Source: Euryarchaeota archaeon UBA602
Lineage (GTDB): Archaea > Thermoplasmatota > Poseidoniia > Poseidoniales > Thalassarchaeaceae
Direction: 5' to 3'
Assembly: GCA_002498455.1 (NCBI GenBank)
Contig: DAHO01000045.1
Span: 7,777 to 67,828, forward strand
Length of the DNA: 60,052 nucleotides
Made by a program: the position numbers and the translations under genes. Of the stretch, positions 27,781-38,852 are shown piece by piece. The notes below the pieces were generated by a model. It was not told the DNA's origin. It searched no databases and saw only the letters and a program-made list of their open reading frames with translations. Numbering within the stretch: the stretch's first letter is position 1; each line of letters opens with the position of its first letter.

Positions 27781-29160
27781 TCACTTCTTTTCGGTAGGAT
27801 GATACTTGTCAATCCACTTCTGGTCTAGACGGACTAGATATTTGGTGGAAATATTCTGCATGAGATCCCAACACAAATCAAGGGTCTCATCGATCGAACG
27901 ATCTTCATCACGGCTCTGTCGCAGGAACTTGTCTTCAAACAATCCAGAGAAGTCTAGCAATTGCTTGTCACGCTCGTTCAATGCATCTTCACCAACAATG
28001 GCGACAAGACCGCGCAATTCACGGCCCTGTGCATAGGCGGCATACATTTGGTCAGATACCGACTTGTGGTCCTCACGGGTCGTTTTCTCACCGATACAAC
28101 CACCCATCAATCGAGATAGGCTTGGAAGTACGTTGATTGGAGGATAGATACCTGAACCGTGCAACTCACGCGAAATTACGATTTGGCCTTCTGTAATGTA
28201 TCCAGAAAGGTCCGGAATCGGGTGCGTGATATCGTCACCGGGCATGGTCAGAATGGGGAACTGCGTGATGCTGCCCTTCTTGCCCTTCACTAGACCGGCA
28301 CGCTCGTACAGCATGGCCAAGTCAGTGTACATGTAACCAGGATAACCACGTCGACCGGGCACTTCTTCACGTGCAGCACCGATTTGACGAAGAGCGTCAC
28401 AGTAGTTAGTCACGTCAGTGTAAACAACCAGTACGTGATAATCATGCTCAAAGGCAAGGTATTCTGCAGCAGTGAGTGCCAATCGAGGAGTAATCAATCG
28501 CTCGACAGCGGGGTCGTCTGCCAAGTTGACGAATAGTACCGCATTCTCCAGTGCACCTGTTCGCTCAAGGTCACTTCGGAAGAAGTTGTATTCCTCAGCA
28601 GTGATTCCCATAGCGCAGAACACTACGATGAACTCTTCATCGCTGTCCTTCAGTTTTGCTTGACGTGCGATTTGCAGTGCAATGTCATTGTGTGGCAAAC
28701 CAGACGCACTGAAAATGGGCAACTTTTGTCCACGGACGAGAGTTGTACAGCAATCGATTGCACTGATTCCTGTCTGAATGAAATCGTGAGGTGATTGACG
28801 ACTGTATGGGTTGATTGCAGCACCAATGATGTCGGCTTCACCCTCTGCAACAATGGCTGGGCCACCGTCACGGGGTCGACCAGCACCGTCCAGAATTCGC
28901 CCGATCAAATCCTTGCTCACGGGTAGCTTAAACACGTCACCCATGAACTTGACACCAGTTCCTAGATCGACACCTGCGGTTCCTTCGAACACCTGTACGA
29001 CGACCATGTCGTCACTGGTATCGAGAACCTGACCGTTCTTCATACTACCATCTGTCAAGCGCAATTGCACGATTTCACCGTAAGCTACAGGTTCGGTCTT
29101 CTCAAGGAAAACAAGCGGGCCTTTCACGTCTGTAATTGTTCGATATTCCTTTCCACTCAT
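27781..29160 (-). CDS. atpB: A/V-type ATP synthase subunit B
   Basis: [33 protein letters not shown]. Confidence 0.98.
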   Translation of the reverse strand: MSGKEYRTITDVKGPLVFLEKTEPVAYGEIVQLRLTDGSMKNGQVLDTSDDMVVVQVFEGTAGVDLGTGVKFMGDVFKLPVSKDLIGRILDGAGRPRDGGPAIVAEGEADIIGAAINPYSRQSPHDFIQTGISAIDCCTTLVRGQKLPIFSASGLPHNDIALQIARQAKLKDSDEEFIVVFCAMGITAEEYNFFRSDLERTGALENAVLFVNLADDPAVERLITPRLALTAAEYLAFEHDYHVLVVYTDVTNYCDALRQIGAAREEVPGRRGYPGYMYTDLAMLYERAGLVKGKKGSITQFPILTMPGDDITHPIPDLSGYITEGQIVISRELHGSGIYPPINVLPSLSRLMGGCIGEKTTREDHKSVSDQMYAAYAQGRELRGLVAIVGEDALNERDKQLLDFSGLFEDKFLRQSRDEDRSIDETLDLCWDLMQNISTKYLVRLDQKWIDKYHPTEKK

Positions 29161-29171
29161 CTAAATCCCTC

Positions 29172-30914
29172 CTAGTTTTCCTCCGCCGCTGCGGCAATTT
29201 GTTTGTTCATTTCGTCAACCAATCCATCGACACGGTCGAGGTAACCGGGTTCGAATCGGTCGCGCATCAGGTTGGTACGTGCTGGGACGTTCACAACATC
29301 CTCCAACTGACCCCCTGCTGCGAGTGCCTTCTTGGCTGAATCTTGGAATGTTAGAATGGCTTTGGCCATCTTATATTGTTGCTCTAGACCCGAATATGCG
29401 TCGACATCGTGGAATCCATTCTGTTGCAAGAAGAATTCACGAATCATACGTGCGACTTCAAGTGTCAACTGCTGGTCGACAGGAAGGGCATCCGAACCGA
29501 CCAACTGAACAATTTCTTGCAACTCGGCTTCAACCTGAAGCAGACTGCTGATTTCGGTTCGAATCTCGGGGAAATCTGTAGCGATGTTGTCACGGAACCA
29601 CTGATCTAGACTCTGAGGATACAGAGAGTACGAACTGAGCCAGTTGATTGCAGGGAAGTGGCGCTGTCGGGCCAAACCTGCATCCAATCCCCAAAATACC
29701 TTCACAATTCGAAGAGTACCTTGGGACACTGGTTCGCTAATATCTCCACCAGGTGGTGATACTGCACCAATCACAGTGACTGAACCGTCTTCACCTTCCA
29801 AGGTCTCGACACGGCCAGCGCGCTCGTAAAACTCAGCCAAGCGACTGGACAAGTACGCAGGGTATCCTTCCTCACCAGGCATTTCTTCTAGACGGCTACT
29901 GATTTCACGCATAGCTTCAGCCCATCGACTGGTGGAGTCTGCCATCAGTGCGACGTCATAGCCCATGTCACGGAAGTATTCCGCGATGGTGATTCCAGTG
30001 TATACCGATGCTTCACGTGCAGCCACAGGCATGTTTGAGGTGTTGGCAATCATCACAGTTCGATTCATCAGAGGCTTGCCGGTGTTTGGATCAATCAAGT
30101 GAGGGAACTCATCCAACACTTCAGTCATCTCGTTACCACGCTCACCACATCCGATGTAAACCACAATCTGGGCGTCCGAATACTTGGCCAGCGATTGCTG
30201 TGTGACCGTCTTTCCTGAGCCGAATGGACCAGGGATTCCAGCCGCACCACCCTTTGCGAGTGGGAATAAGAAATCGAGAATGCGCATACCGGTGACGAGC
30301 GGTGTATCTGGCGCATACTTCTGCTTGAAAGGCCGTGGTGAACGGACCGGCCACTTCTGCATCATCTGAATTTCAGTACCATCATCAAGAGTACATACGG
30401 TTTGAGTGACGTTGAATGAACCGCTCTCGATACTGGCAACCTTCCCACTTGTTCCGGGAGGTAACATGACTTTGTGCACAATGGTTTCAGTCTCTTGTAC
30501 TGTACCAATCACATTGCCAGATTCAAGTTCATCGCCAACTGAAACTGTGGCTTCAAAGTCCCAGATCTTTTCCAAATCTAGACCATCAGCATCTACACCA
30601 CGTTCGATGAAGGTACCCATGGTTTTCTCCAAAACCGGCAGTGGGCGTTGGATTCCGTCGTAAATCTGCGTTAGCAGACCCGGTCCCAACTGTACCGATA
30701 GCGTCTGACCGGTGCGTACCACCGGCTCGCCCGGGCGGATGCCGGACGTATCTTCATACACTTGGATAACAGACTTGTCACCGTGTAATTCAATCACTTC
30801 GCCCATCAATCCTTCATGCCCTACGCGTACAACTTCATACATTCTTGAACGGATGCCTGTGGCCGTCACCACAGGTCCAGAAATACGGTAAATCACTCCA
30901 TTTTCGTCACTCAT
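29172..30914 (-). CDS. atpA: A/V-type ATP synthase subunit A
   Basis: [29 protein letters not shown]; no intein. Confidence 0.98.
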   Translation of the reverse strand: MSDENGVIYRISGPVVTATGIRSRMYEVVRVGHEGLMGEVIELHGDKSVIQVYEDTSGIRPGEPVVRTGQTLSVQLGPGLLTQIYDGIQRPLPVLEKTMGTFIERGVDADGLDLEKIWDFEATVSVGDELESGNVIGTVQETETIVHKVMLPPGTSGKVASIESGSFNVTQTVCTLDDGTEIQMMQKWPVRSPRPFKQKYAPDTPLVTGMRILDFLFPLAKGGAAGIPGPFGSGKTVTQQSLAKYSDAQIVVYIGCGERGNEMTEVLDEFPHLIDPNTGKPLMNRTVMIANTSNMPVAAREASVYTGITIAEYFRDMGYDVALMADSTSRWAEAMREISSRLEEMPGEEGYPAYLSSRLAEFYERAGRVETLEGEDGSVTVIGAVSPPGGDISEPVSQGTLRIVKVFWGLDAGLARQRHFPAINWLSSYSLYPQSLDQWFRDNIATDFPEIRTEISSLLQVEAELQEIVQLVGSDALPVDQQLTLEVARMIREFFLQQNGFHDVDAYSGLEQQYKMAKAILTFQDSAKKALAAGGQLEDVVNVPARTNLMRDRFEPGYLDRVDGLVDEMNKQIAAAAEEN

Positions 30915-30938
30915 TTTTCGTCACTTCCTTTTTTTGGA

Positions 30939-31238
30939 TTACTTCCAAAGGTCGACGCCAAGCGCCGACTTGATGGACTCTCGGAGGGTATTGTCCTCTT
31001 CGGTCCCAATGCCCAACACTGTGGGCGTAATGCTGTCTGCTATCTGCGAGCGCAGACGATCAGACAAGCGAGTCATATCAGCACTATCGATAACGACAAT
31101 GCCCACATCCTTCTGGCTTAGAAGGCCTCGCATGACTTCAGCGAGTTCTTCATCACCGTTGGGATGATGCAATCGGCTGATTCCAGCCAATTGGAATCCT
31201 AAGGTGAATTCGGGTGTACCAACAACAGCAATCTCCAT
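30939..31238 (-). CDS. atpF: A/V-type ATP synthase subunit F
   Basis: MEIAVVG..FTLGFQLAG, ALGVDL. Confidence 0.95.
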   Translation of the reverse strand: MEIAVVGTPEFTLGFQLAGISRLHHPNGDEELAEVMRGLLSQKDVGIVVIDSADMTRLSDRLRSQIADSITPTVLGIGTEEDNTLRESIKSALGVDLWK

Positions 31239-31247
31239 TTTTTCACC

Positions 31248-32294
31248 TCACAGATTCATGTGCGCTTCGATGACCTCATCAGAGAGGCCTGCCGCTTTGC
31301 CACGCACAAGCAAGCGGATGTTTTGCACCTCGAGCACTTTGCTCTCAATGTAGTGAATCACGGGGAATGCTGACAGCGGATTCAGGTAAGAGAAGCGGCG
31401 CATCATTGAGTTGCGCTGTTCTTGCAATAGTGAGACCACGGGGTCTAAACTGGTTGCAGATGCCTGAATGGCGTCATCAAATCCGGTATCATCGAATGAG
31501 GTGGCTCGGCGGAGGGCCTCAAGCACACCTTCATTCGAATCGGCCATTGATGCAGTTTTGAGAACTGCTTTGGAAATCTTGCCACCGCCAATCATCAGAG
31601 CATCTCGATCTTCTCCATTGATTCCCTGACGGAGGCCACGGAATTGGTTGATGATATTTCGATGGTCAATTTCAACCTGGATGTATTTCTCCAATAATGG
31701 TGGGCTATCGGGTCCACGGATGGCATCCAATGCATCGCGGTAGTACGCAGAGTCGAGTGTGTCTTCCATCTCCTGTAGGCTCGCATCGACCTCAAGACGA
31801 GATAGGGCGTAACCCCAAGGAGTTCCGGACATCGCTGCGACTGCGTCGCTCAAGCTGTCACAATTTCGAACAATATCGAGCCACTTACTGTTGCTCATAT
31901 TTTCCTCAGGAAGGACTTGACTCGAGACCATTTCGATATCTGCACCACTATGTATGGCGCGCAAGACGGTCTTTGCGTTCTGGTATGAGAATCGCTTGAC
32001 ATACACAGCAACGGTGGATTTCAACCGACCTTGGCAGAAGCCGAGAACGGTTTCAAGATCCGCATCCAAATTATGATTCAGTGCGGCTTCAATAAGATCC
32101 GCGCCAGACAAACGGGGAGCATACAAATCAATCTCATTTCGATAACCCATGTCACCGATTGAGATACCAATGGTATCCGGGCCCTGTTGCAATAGTTGGC
32201 GCATACGAGTTGAATCAATAAGCCCTGCACGCCGTGTTTTCGCACGCGCAGCAGCATTGGCCACATTGCTGCGACCGTTATTGACTCGAACCAT
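31248..32294 (-). CDS. atpC: A/V-type ATP synthase subunit C
   Basis: Operon position; EIDHRNI, EVQNIRLLVRGK. Confidence 0.92.
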   Translation of the reverse strand: MVRVNNGRSNVANAAARAKTRRAGLIDSTRMRQLLQQGPDTIGISIGDMGYRNEIDLYAPRLSGADLIEAALNHNLDADLETVLGFCQGRLKSTVAVYVKRFSYQNAKTVLRAIHSGADIEMVSSQVLPEENMSNSKWLDIVRNCDSLSDAVAAMSGTPWGYALSRLEVDASLQEMEDTLDSAYYRDALDAIRGPDSPPLLEKYIQVEIDHRNIINQFRGLRQGINGEDRDALMIGGGKISKAVLKTASMADSNEGVLEALRRATSFDDTGFDDAIQASATSLDPVVSLLQEQRNSMMRRFSYLNPLSAFPVIHYIESKVLEVQNIRLLVRGKAAGLSDEVIEAHMNL

Positions 32295-32307
32295 TTTCTC
32301 ACCTCAG

Positions 32308-32874
32308 TTAATTTCCAAATAATGTTTCGTTGACAGATGCTAGGCTGGCTTTCCAAGCCTCTTCAAGGCGACTGTCAAATCTGTAATCTAGTACGATCGA
32401 ACTGTCTGCGGATTCAAGTGTGAATCCTCCCAGTCCGTCGATATCTGCTCCAAAGTTGAATCCCTTCGCTTCCTTCTCTAGCGCTTTGCGGTCAATCGAG
32501 ACAGGGCGCATGGTCATGCCATCCCCCTCTTTCTTGGCCTCAGCAACAAGGGCTTTGATGAGGGCTGCGCGGCCTGATAGTTTGGCCGAACCAACCTCTG
32601 CCTTGACGGCATCCCATGTAGCATCCAACTCCTTTGCTTTTGCAATGAGTTCACGCTTCTGGTTATCCTGTCGAGAGGATGCAACGAGTTCCTTTGAGAG
32701 CTGTGTGGCTTCGCGCTCGGCTCGAGAAACAAGTGCTTCTCGAATCTCGGCAACTTCTGCCTCAGCCTCTTTATCCAGTGATTTGGCCGTTTTCTTGGCT
32801 TCATCCTTGAGGGCCTTGGCTTCCGCCTTTGCCTGAGCGGCAATTTCGTCAGCTAACGCTTCTAGAGACATCAT
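32308..32874 (-). CDS. atpE: A/V-type ATP synthase subunit E
   Basis: MSLEAL, coiled coil, GGFTLE..DYRFD..LF. Confidence 0.92.
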   Translation of the reverse strand: MMSLEALADEIAAQAKAEAKALKDEAKKTAKSLDKEAEAEVAEIREALVSRAEREATQLSKELVASSRQDNQKRELIAKAKELDATWDAVKAEVGSAKLSGRAALIKALVAEAKKEGDGMTMRPVSIDRKALEKEAKGFNFGADIDGLGGFTLESADSSIVLDYRFDSRLEEAWKASLASVNETLFGN

Positions 32875-32918
32875 CACACATTCCATTTAGAGTCGTATCT
32901 GTGGTTTGACCGTTCTGC

Positions 32919-33236
32919 TTAGAGCAAGAACATGGCCAAGAAACCGAACAGGACGATGGTCTCAGGCAACGCAGTGAAGATCAGCGCGTGAGTGAATCGG
33001 TCCTTGTCCTCGGCCAACATGCCGACGGCGGCTGCGCCAATTTGTCCTTGGCTCATACCGGTACCGATACCAGTTAGACCGAGTGCAAGACCTGCACCGA
33101 TCATCTTCATTGCTGCTTCTGTACTTGCGTTGTCTGCTGAATCTGCAGTCTGAGCGGCTACAATGCCTGTTGCAATAAACAACACACTCGAGACAAGCAT
33201 CATTCGAACGCCTGCTTTCAGGGTTTTATTTTTCAT
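32919..33236 (-). CDS. atpK: A/V-type ATP synthase proteolipid subunit K (c) with an N-terminal leader
   Basis: GAGLALGLTGIGTGMSQGQIGAA and LPETIVLFG (carboxylate E); SD GGAGG. Confidence 0.95.
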   Translation of the reverse strand: MKNKTLKAGVRMMLVSSVLFIATGIVAAQTADSADNASTEAAMKMIGAGLALGLTGIGTGMSQGQIGAAAVGMLAEDKDRFTHALIFTALPETIVLFGFLAMFLL

Positions 33237-33284
33237 TTTCATTTCCTCCTTTTTTCCATTGCTATGCAAGGAATGTGATATGCG

Positions 33285-35519
33285 CTACTCCACCTCCACG
33301 CGGCGCGCTTTGAATCCGAATGGCTTGAACGCCTCGCCACTCGAGTCGTAGAACTGGCGCATCCATTCCACGAAGTGCAATCGCACTGCGTGGATGTTTG
33401 GACTGAATACACCAAGTCCCCATGCAAATAGTTGAACCATGAGCCAACCAATGATGATTACTGGGAATAATGGGCTTGAGAAATCAAGGCTTCCATACAA
33501 CATGTTGTTGCCTGTTTCAGCGATCTTCACACCAACCACACCGACGGCGAAAAGACGCACATAGGAGAGAACCGTAGGCAACATACCGATTGCTTCGATG
33601 CCTGCCAATCCGATGTTAATCGGGAATGGAACGCCATGATATCTGAACAATGTCCACATCAACATGCCCAAACCAATCGCGAAATTGGCCACACCGACCG
33701 TCATCACAGTACCCATCAAGTCAATGTAGTCTTGATCGGGGTTGACCCATTTTTCTTCGTATGCGGGAACAGAAAGGAATGCGTAGGCTGCGAGGAAACC
33801 GCCAATGAGGATTAGCATCCAACTGCCCTTCTCGAATAAGGCGCAGACGAATCCTTGGTCGCCGTGACCATTTCCATACAGCCAAATGTCCCGGAAGCCA
33901 ACTGTTAGTCCAATGAGAATGTGTGCGACGCCCAAATAGATGGTGAGAAGAATGAGGTGCTCAAGGTTGCCACCGTGTGCAACATCGGAGACTCGGTGGA
34001 ATGGGTAAGCGAGTGTGAGTCCGAATGGCCCATCCAGAACCCAGTGGACTTCGCCACCGTTCGGATACATGACGGTCATCCAAGCAACCCAGCCTGGTAA
34101 AGACTGATCGTGTTCTGTACCAAATTTTGGTTCTTTCCAATAATAGTGACCATGTGAGCCATCGGGAAGGACGTGTGCCTCACATTGAGCAACGCCAACG
34201 ATGCCTTCGATGTAATATCCTGCATCATCCTTGCAGACTCCGTGTGGAAGGAACTCAAAGCCGGCAAACTCGCCATAGATATAGCCGAAGATGACCGTGG
34301 CAATTCCAATGTAAACGAGGAATTTACCACCCAAATTCATGAGTTCATTGTTGCCAGCACGGCTCATGACAAACGCACCCAGTCCGAGTGTGACCAAACC
34401 GTAGGCCATGTCTCCCAGCATCAATCCGAAGAAGATGGGGTAAGTGACGAACATGAAGAGGGTCGGATCAATTCGACCGTAGCCTGGACGACCCACAGCA
34501 TCGGTCAGCAATTCCATCGGTTTGCTGGCTGTGCGATCTTGATATGCAATCGGTGGCATTTCCTGATGATGGTGGTGGTCCGAATGTCCATGACCGCCGC
34601 CGCCAGGTTCAATCTTGAAGGGTTCAATGTCAACAACCGTGCAAATGGATGAGAGGGCGCTGTTCACTTCGTCAGCTCGGGCCATCTCAACCCATCCATC
34701 GACAATGAATGCATGGTCCGTGGTTGCGATTCGGACTGGCGCAGTGGCCAATTCTTGATCTCGCTCCAACAATTCCAAACCCGAGTGGAGTGAGTCGGCG
34801 TTTGAATCGACCCAAGCTTCAAGACTGGAATTCAGTGTTTCCTGCTCGGCGAGTAGTTCATTCTTCTCAGCATCGATTTCACCCATTCGCATGACTAGGC
34901 TACCCTCGTATTCTGGAACCGGGGTTGGGGTGAAGCCTGCAACCTCCAAAGTAGCTTGAGCGGCTGCAGCATCCGCGTTCAACACGAATACACCAACCAC
35001 AGTCTGCTTTCCTGCGCTGCCGGTGAACATGAGACCGCCCTTCGGGACTTCAACCACTTTGGCGTCTCGAACGGTTCCAATGAAGCAAGTGAGATTCTCA
35101 TACCCGGACAACAAATCGATTTCCAATTTGAGAGGGGCGACCATCGATAGCATCGATTGCTCATCGGAAAGAGCCTTCAGTGCAGACTCAACTTCATCCA
35201 AGCGGTCTTGTGTGGATACCAGTGTATCGACCTGTGAATACAAATCTCCTGAGAGGGATGAGCGGACTTCTTTGATGGACTTGACTGAATTGGATTTCGC
35301 CGCAACCATACCGGCCGCGTTGCGCAACTTGTTGACATCACGACTCAATTGATCCGCGGTGTCGCGGGGCGAACCCATGCTGAGATCATCGTCCTCTCCA
35401 TCGTAGTCTACAAGGTGTAGAGCACGAATTTGAGCGAGCATCTCGATTGTTGCATCCAATTTATCCAACGTACCCGAAGCGACCAAACGGCCCATTCTTC
35501 GGGTGTGGATCTGAGACAT
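33285..35519 (-). CDS. atpI: A/V-type ATP synthase subunit I (a)
   Basis: IDPT, FFGLMLGDMAYG, LSYVRLFA, HAVRLHFVEW, FKPFG. Confidence 0.95.
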   Translation of the reverse strand: MSQIHTRRMGRLVASGTLDKLDATIEMLAQIRALHLVDYDGEDDDLSMGSPRDTADQLSRDVNKLRNAAGMVAAKSNSVKSIKEVRSSLSGDLYSQVDTLVSTQDRLDEVESALKALSDEQSMLSMVAPLKLEIDLLSGYENLTCFIGTVRDAKVVEVPKGGLMFTGSAGKQTVVGVFVLNADAAAAQATLEVAGFTPTPVPEYEGSLVMRMGEIDAEKNELLAEQETLNSSLEAWVDSNADSLHSGLELLERDQELATAPVRIATTDHAFIVDGWVEMARADEVNSALSSICTVVDIEPFKIEPGGGGHGHSDHHHHQEMPPIAYQDRTASKPMELLTDAVGRPGYGRIDPTLFMFVTYPIFFGLMLGDMAYGLVTLGLGAFVMSRAGNNELMNLGGKFLVYIGIATVIFGYIYGEFAGFEFLPHGVCKDDAGYYIEGIVGVAQCEAHVLPDGSHGHYYWKEPKFGTEHDQSLPGWVAWMTVMYPNGGEVHWVLDGPFGLTLAYPFHRVSDVAHGGNLEHLILLTIYLGVAHILIGLTVGFRDIWLYGNGHGDQGFVCALFEKGSWMLILIGGFLAAYAFLSVPAYEEKWVNPDQDYIDLMGTVMTVGVANFAIGLGMLMWTLFRYHGVPFPINIGLAGIEAIGMLPTVLSYVRLFAVGVVGVKIAETGNNMLYGSLDFSSPLFPVIIIGWLMVQLFAWGLGVFSPNIHAVRLHFVEWMRQFYDSSGEAFKPFGFKARRVEVE

Positions 35520-35537
35520 GATTCTCCCTCATTCAGA

Positions 35538-35852
35538 TTATGCTCTAAACGCATCAAGTACGATGTCTACTGCACTGGAACGATTTGATTCACCATCGTT
35601 GTGAATGGATTCAATGGCTTTGTCTCCTTTCTTGGAGACTTTGTTCGCTTCCTTCTGGGCGGCGGCTCGAGCGTCATCGACCATTTGTTGGGAATCGGCC
35701 TGTGCTTGAGTCCTACCCTCACTAACTGTTTCAGCTGCGGCAACTCGTGCTTTGGTGACGATATTGCTGGCTTCAGACTCTGCCTTGGCCAGTGTCGCAG
35801 CGGCATCCGCCTCGGCATCTTTGATGGTTCGTAATACATCGGCTCGACTCAT
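35538..35852 (-). CDS. atpH: A/V-type ATP synthase subunit H (G-like)
   Basis: MSRADVLRTIKDAE, Ala/Glu coiled coil, first gene of the operon. Confidence 0.88.
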   Translation of the reverse strand: MSRADVLRTIKDAEADAAATLAKAESEASNIVTKARVAAAETVSEGRTQAQADSQQMVDDARAAAQKEANKVSKKGDKAIESIHNDGESNRSSAVDIVLDAFRA

Positions 35853-35989
35853 TGAATCCACCTATGGTGGACCGGCGACCGTTGAGGGGTTTATGATGAT
35901 ACCCTCAGACCAATGAGGCTCTGATTTTTCAGAATGTGCGAAAACGACTGTAGGATTGAACCAAATATACGATTGGAAGCCGCAACATA

Positions 35990-36691
35990 ATGGACACAGA
36001 ACGGATTGGTTCTGAGGATTGGGCTGAACTCCAGCGCAATCTTGAAGCGACCATCCCTGTGTACGATCGAATCAATCGATTCGCCACTATTGGACAGGAC
36101 AAGCGATGGCGAAAAATGGTCCGCAGTAGACTTCCTAGTGAAGGAAAAATTCTCGAAGTCGGCTGTGGACCCGGGACTTTTGCTGAGATGATTCCTGATC
36201 GTGACCTCACCTGTTTAGACCCAATTCCAGCAATGCTTTCAGTGGCAGAAAAAAGGGTCAACTCCCAACGCGATGCCCCGGCAGAATTTGTTGAAGGGAC
36301 TGCCGAAGAAATGCCATTTGAAGATGAGAGTTTTGATGCAGCCTGTTCACTATTTTCATTCCGGGATTGGTATGACAAACGCGCGGGACTCTGCGAGGTA
36401 AAGCGTGTTCTCAAGCCAGGGGGCAAAGTTGTCATTGTGGATCCAGCTAAAATCAACAGGGTACATGGGTGGCTTGGATACCTATGGATGCGAATCTGGG
36501 TGGGTGCTTACGCGCGTTACATATGCAAGATGAGCGATCATCCGTGGAAATGGTTGACCAAAACTTACGTCCATTTTGGTACGACCAAGGATTATGTCAA
36601 GATGCTCAAAGATTGTGGATTTACCAACGTTAAAGCAAAACTTGTCTTTCCGGGAATGGCAACGATTTGGACGGCTACAAAACCCGAGTAG
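35990..36691 (+). CDS. UbiE/MenG-family SAM methyltransferase
   Basis: YDRINRF..GQDKRWRK, LEVGCGPG, PFEDESFD, RVLKPGG. Confidence 0.85.
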   Translation: MDTERIGSEDWAELQRNLEATIPVYDRINRFATIGQDKRWRKMVRSRLPSEGKILEVGCGPGTFAEMIPDRDLTCLDPIPAMLSVAEKRVNSQRDAPAEFVEGTAEEMPFEDESFDAACSLFSFRDWYDKRAGLCEVKRVLKPGGKVVIVDPAKINRVHGWLGYLWMRIWVGAYARYICKMSDHPWKWLTKTYVHFGTTKDYVKMLKDCGFTNVKAKLVFPGMATIWTATKPE

Positions 36692-37792
36692 TCAGATTAT
36701 CCATAGCATGCGTCTACAGGTTACTGCGCGCCAGATGATACCTTTTGTCAATGGGTTAAACAGTGCGTTCAGCATCCAATCAGGAAGACGAAAAAGCAGA
36801 CTACCAAACTTGAATGAACGCTTGGAGTTTCGCATGACTTTACCCATCTGCTTATTCCAACGTTTTTCATATTCGCCTAATGGAGTTCCATCTTTGAGGT
36901 GTTCAGCGATCACTTGGCCTGCGATTCGACCCCCTACCATGGCGATGGTAATCCCTGCTCCATTCGAGGGTAGGACCATTCCCGCCGAATCACCAACTAA
37001 CATGTAATTCCCCTTGACGAATGTCTTGATTGTGCCAGACATCGGTAAGGAACCCGCACCTTTGAACGTGATTTTACCATCGTATTTTTGGATGAATTCA
37101 TCTGCATACTGGTTCATTGTTTTGCCTTTCGAAAAATTTCGCTGTATCCCCAGTCCAATATTTGCCCCACTAGACTTTGGGAACATCCAAGCATAACCCC
37201 CAGGGGCCATGGAACCAAAATGAAGTTCAACAGCCTCTCCGTAATCACCATCCATGAGCACAAACTTAACCGGAATTTTAAGCGATTTTTCATCCCAATA
37301 ATCTCTCCTAAGCGGGTCACTGTGCCCACCTGCACCGACGATCACCTTTGCAGATTTTTCATCACCATTTCTGAGAAAGACTGTATTCCCTTCTACGGAT
37401 TTAACATATTGGTCCGTCAAGTATGTTGCTCCCGCTTTTTTGGCGAGTTCCACTAGAGCTTCATCATGGGCCACACGGTTCAATACCAATCCTTCAAAGT
37501 CGTACTTTAGCGGCTTACCTGAAGGTGGTAAAACATGCATTTCCGTTGAAATTCTTGAGATAGCCTCGCTAGGTGTTTGAAACAAATCATCCATGTCCGG
37601 GACATCCGGACACAAACGCCTCATCTCGTCATTGCTAGGCACCAACTCACCGCATTGCAACGGTGTGCCAATCGGATCGCGACCATCGATGACAAGGACA
37701 TCCGCACCACCTTCGGCGGCGTAACGTGCAACTGTGCTGCCCGCAGGGCCACCTCCAATGATGATGACATCATGTTCAGCAGAATCAGTCAT
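36692..37792 (-). CDS. Geranylgeranyl reductase family flavoprotein
   Basis: GGGPAGS, QCGE, PGGYAWMFPK, LVGDSAG..P..GAGI. Confidence 0.9.
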   Translation of the reverse strand: MTDSAEHDVIIIGGGPAGSTVARYAAEGGADVLVIDGRDPIGTPLQCGELVPSNDEMRRLCPDVPDMDDLFQTPSEAISRISTEMHVLPPSGKPLKYDFEGLVLNRVAHDEALVELAKKAGATYLTDQYVKSVEGNTVFLRNGDEKSAKVIVGAGGHSDPLRRDYWDEKSLKIPVKFVLMDGDYGEAVELHFGSMAPGGYAWMFPKSSGANIGLGIQRNFSKGKTMNQYADEFIQKYDGKITFKGAGSLPMSGTIKTFVKGNYMLVGDSAGMVLPSNGAGITIAMVGGRIAGQVIAEHLKDGTPLGEYEKRWNKQMGKVMRNSKRSFKFGSLLFRLPDWMLNALFNPLTKGIIWRAVTCRRMLWII

Positions 37793-38765
37793 TGCGAGTC
37801 ATCACCTGCCGTGTTATGGACTCCAAGACATCCCTAACCTCGGATTCAGGGAATCGATGTAGATGTCCTAGAGCGCGATCCAAATGATTGTGGATTAGAA
37901 TGTTGCAATATCCAAATGAATCTCCACTTTCCAGAAGTTCCTCAAGTTCATCCCAACGCTCATCATGGAACTCTCCCAGCACATCGGCAAGCTTCCGACG
38001 TGCATCGCCATGCAAGAGTGTAAGAGCATGGATAATGGGAAGGGTCATCTTTCCCTCATGAACATCTGTTCCTCTGGGTTTACCCATTCTTTCATCACCT
38101 GTCAAATCCAATAAATCATCCACCAATTGGAAGGCAATGCCCAATTCCATCCCAAATTCACGCATGGATTCAATTTCAGACTCAGAGGCACCTGCAATTA
38201 TGGCAGCACACTCACAAGCTGAAGAAAACGGCCCAGCGGTTTTACCGCGCACGATTTCGTAGTAATCTTCGGGCGTGGTTGACAAATCAGAGACATGTTG
38301 CAATTGCTTGAGTTCACCCGAGGCAATTGCAGCGCATGTATCGGCCATAATGCGCACGATTTGTTCATCGTAACGCCCACCGATTCCGAATCCCATTACG
38401 AAGAGGAAATCGCCCCCTATGATGGCATGATCCAACCCATGTTTCTCATGCAATGTTTGAACCCCTCTTCGTAGCTTGGCTCCATCATAGATGTCATCAT
38501 GAATCAACGTCGCCGTGTGGATTAATTCGGTAGCAACGGCGAAATCAATGACATCAGAACGATCTTTTCCACCTACCAAATCGTAGGCCAATAGTGTCAA
38601 AATCGGACGGATTCGTTTGCCTCCGGCGAGTAAAATTTCTCTGGCCAATCCCATTGCGTGTGAATATGGGCCGTTCATCGAGGATTCAATGACAGAATGG
38701 AGGGCATCCTCGACCTCCATTCGACGCTCGATGAGAATCGTATTCTCTAGCAGGGATTCCGCCAT
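37785..38765 (-). CDS. trans-Polyprenyl diphosphate synthase (probably long-chain)
   Basis: GGKRIRP, FARM DDIYD, RRG, SARM FQLVDDLLD, EGKMTLP. Confidence 0.92.
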   Translation of the reverse strand: MAESLLENTILIERRMEVEDALHSVIESSMNGPYSHAMGLAREILLAGGKRIRPILTLLAYDLVGGKDRSDVIDFAVATELIHTATLIHDDIYDGAKLRRGVQTLHEKHGLDHAIIGGDFLFVMGFGIGGRYDEQIVRIMADTCAAIASGELKQLQHVSDLSTTPEDYYEIVRGKTAGPFSSACECAAIIAGASESEIESMREFGMELGIAFQLVDDLLDLTGDERMGKPRGTDVHEGKMTLPIIHALTLLHGDARRKLADVLGEFHDERWDELEELLESGDSFGYCNILIHNHLDRALGHLHRFPESEVRDVLESITRQVMTRND

Positions 38766-38852
38766 CAAGCCGTCGACAAGGGGTGCCTATATCAACAGGC
38801 GTCTACCGCCCCGAGCCAGACACGATGCGTGTCTGCCATTGGCGGGACGAAT

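Noticed and set aside
29172..30914. Intein in AtpA (as in Thermoplasma/Pyrococcus) or in Cdc6
   Set aside because: Both proteins are normal length and continuous through the usual insertion sites
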